Part shown: in pieces, positions 61,462 through 64,000 of the stretch
Layout: each line of letters opens with the position of its first letter
How positions within the stretch are numbered: the stretch's first letter is position 1
Source of the DNA: Amphiscolops sp. MND2022
Taxonomy: Eukaryota
DNA length: 64,000 bases
Assembly (NCBI GenBank): GCA_964187785.1
Contig: OZ076409.1
Span: forward strand, 8,868,001 to 8,932,000
Reading direction: 5' to 3'
Translations under genes and position numbers: made by a program
Notes under the pieces: generated by a model
Databases searched by the model: none
What the model was told of the DNA's origin: nothing
The model's input: only the letters and a program-made list of their open reading frames with translations

Positions 61462-61857
61462 GTCAGGCGATAAGCATAAATAATCAGTAAAATCCACATG
61501 AGAAAGGAACATTTGTAAATGAGCCGCGTTTTTTCCTAAAATATTACAAAAACAACCAAACGTACTTTCGTGCGATATGTATTTGTGAAGATGACATCAA
61601 AACCAGTCGAAGATTCTAAAATTTTGCTAAATTCCAAGTTTTTAATCCTGTTTTTGAACGTTTTTAAAAAAACGTTCTGAAACATTTGTAGAAAAAAGTC
61701 TCAACATCACCCCAAAATCAAAAAATTCAAAAAAGATTCCGATTAATTTTGCGGCATAGAATATCCAAATGCGTCACGACGAAGGAATCAATATTGAAGT
61801 TTGCTTTTTTGAAGAAATACGAAAAGGTTGGATGAAGAGTGTCGCGATGTTAGCCCA

Positions 61858-62330
61858 AACAAGCCGGGAACGGCCCAAGTCGGCGCCATATCTAAAACTC
61901 AATAAGTTTCGAAAACCACTTTTTCTACAACTGGAGACAACAACAGCTCTCAAAACACTGAAAATTGATGAAAAAAATTTCCCAGATTCTTTTCGAAATT
62001 TTTTTGAAGTCTCCAGTAAGTCGCATAGTGTCGAAAAATGTAAAAGGGGGGACCCTTTGGGATTTTTTGAACATCCATTCTGTTGCAAAACATCAAAAAA
62101 CTGATGGGGGACCCTTTGGAGCAATAAAAAAATTTCGGAAAAAATGAGAAATTTGAACATCTCACAGTGCCGAAAAAAGGGGGAAGTCTCAGTGTCGAAA
62201 AAAAGCTTTGGAATGGCTTTTTATCTCATGTTAGAGGCTTTGGATGCGTTCAAAATGAAGTACTAAGTACATATGGTAAAAGTGCTTAATGCGCAAAAAG
62301 TGGACACATCGAGTTGAACTGACGAAAAGA
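61858..62330 (-). mobile_element. Helentron/DINE-1-like repeat copy (5'-truncated)
   Basis: AACAAGCCGGGAACGGCCCAAGTCGGCGCC terminus plus internal GGGGGACCC repeats. Confidence 0.6.
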
Positions 62331-62344
62331 ACTAAGCCACTAGA

Positions 62345-64000
62345 ACTCCAAATAATTGCTTCTGATTCTGTATTCAAAAACAGCAAAAATCATTTATGGA
62401 CTTGCTATCATGTAACTTTCCTGCCCAATCTGCATCACTGAAACCTCTGGGGTCGAGTTTTTTTGAATTTTCTGTACATCAGTTTCCTAAATTTCGTTGC
62501 CTTGGAAGACCTCAAATTGTGTTTTCCTTGTAACCAATGTCTACAGCTGGATTTTGAACGTATCGAGTTACGTCTCTCACAGCGAAAGCAGTATCAGGTC
62601 ATGTTTGGTTCGCTAAGTAATTCAAACAACCAATCATTCCACGAAAACTACAGCTTTTCGTCTTTTGCTCTTGGCTGCCTTTGTCAGGACAGTCTGACTT
62701 ACTGATGTGTTGCTTTTCAGCAAGAGGTGTGAAAAATCCTTTCGAATTCCTTCATTGCAAAGTCTTCGATGTAGTTTTCTTGAAAAACTACTGACCGCTA
62801 TGGTATGCGATCTTTTCAAGTTCATCGAACTTAGACGAACCTAAAATGTCAGACAAGCTGCTTGTACTTGGGGTAGGTATACTTAAAAGGCGGCTTCACA
62901 TTTGGTCCATATCTAGTCGTATTAAGCACAGTCGAACTAAGCGGTTGATTTTAATATACTCTCGCTGATCCTTCGGTAACCAGAGATTCTGTATTATCGC
63001 CTAAATCACCGTTTTGCAACTCAATCTGCTTAACATACTTTGCTCATCAAGTTTTGTGTATCGGCGACTGATTATGTATTTGCAACTCCATTTCACTCCC
63101 CCTTCCTTTAGTAAGAAAATTTACTGTCACTTTCATTGTTCGCGAAGTTTGTTTTTCCTGGAAACTGGTCATTTAACTAGTTAGTGAAATTGACATTGTG
63201 GCTAATTTTTGTGATGAGCTCTGCGCCATCAAAAAATCCAATCAAATACGATTTGGAACTGTTTTAGCCAAGTAAAAAACGTTCCAAAGCTCTACTTCAA
63301 ACTTTTTTCGCTTTGGTTTCTCTAAGTACAAGAAAACTTGAAACCTAACAACTCGAGAATGAGACACATCTCGTGTCTTGTCAAATAGTTTCTCGAACTG
63401 TGTTGTGTCATGAGCAGAGCGAAGATCAGTTTTCAATGTGGAAGGCTGCTCGGTATGCATAAGACCAAAACGATTCAGGTAAGCATGCTGTTTTCAACAG
63501 ACACCGCGCCGAAGATTCTCCAAACTCGTTCTCTTTTACCGTTTTGTTCTTGAGTGTACTCAGAAGAAAACTCCTGATGGATTCCTACCTGTAAACAAAT
63601 GTTCGCAAAATTTCCTGTTTAAAACTCTTTAGCATTATCAGTGACAAATTTGAGGTTTTCCAAGTTCAGCTATAAACCTCATTCGAAAGCTTCATTCTGA
63701 CTTCGGCTCTTGTTCTTAGCAGATAAACAGCACCGAGTCTGCTGAAGCAATCAGCGAAACCTAGAGCGAATTTGAAATCATCTATCGACGTCATCTATTA
63801 CTGGCAATATATCTGCCTGGACAAGGTCTTAAGTTTTTTCTAGCAGTAGTTGCTACTTGACAGCTAATAGGTAACCGCATGGTTTTTGTCTTGTGTTACA
63901 CATATCGCAAGGTTCGTTTCCTTCATCTACTAACTTCATATCGAACAACAGTTTTGTTTTTGGGACCAAGTCTTTGTTGTCATGGTTGAAGACTCGCAGT
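62345..64000 (-). pseudogene. Ty1/Copia pol relic (integrase, RT C-terminus, RNase H start)
   Basis: Minus strand, IN-RT-RH order: TDNAKEF...GIHQEFSSEYTQEQNG..ER, CLLKTACLPESFW, FRGMIGCLNYLA, GFSDADWAG. Confidence 0.8.

Overview
Repeat-rich eukaryotic (animal-type) genomic DNA; the organism cannot be named from this window. The centrepiece is an intact, apparently very young 15,981-bp Ty3/Gypsy LTR retrotransposon (25003-40983; two 1,499-bp LTRs, TATAC target-site duplication). It has four unusual features. (i) Gag starts 850 bp inside the LTR, so the LTR end and the PBS lie inside gag, and every 3' or solo LTR carries a Gag N-terminal ORF. (ii) Pol is reached by a -1 frameshift at A-AAA-AAC and has a dUTPase-like insert between PR and RT. 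(iii) Between pol and the 3' LTR, on the antisense strand, it carries what I reconstruct as a single five-exon, four-intron gene (~1,301 aa) encoding a zinc-finger protein that resembles a catalytically dead hAT transposase. (iv) A further sense ORF overlaps the PPT and the LTR start. A highly diverged, decayed relative (1-14165) has the same layout and the same four intron positions, so this is a family trait. Also present: a non-autonomous LTR element with near-identical 752-bp LTRs (18859-24243); about ten Helentron/DINE-1-like non-autonomous repeats; Tc1 and Copia relics; a 2,005-bp tandem duplication; and six phase-1 exons of a host gene encoding LDLa, fucolectin-like, EGF and calcium-binding EGF domains (44411-61461). 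Domain assignments are by eye from motifs; no database search was run.
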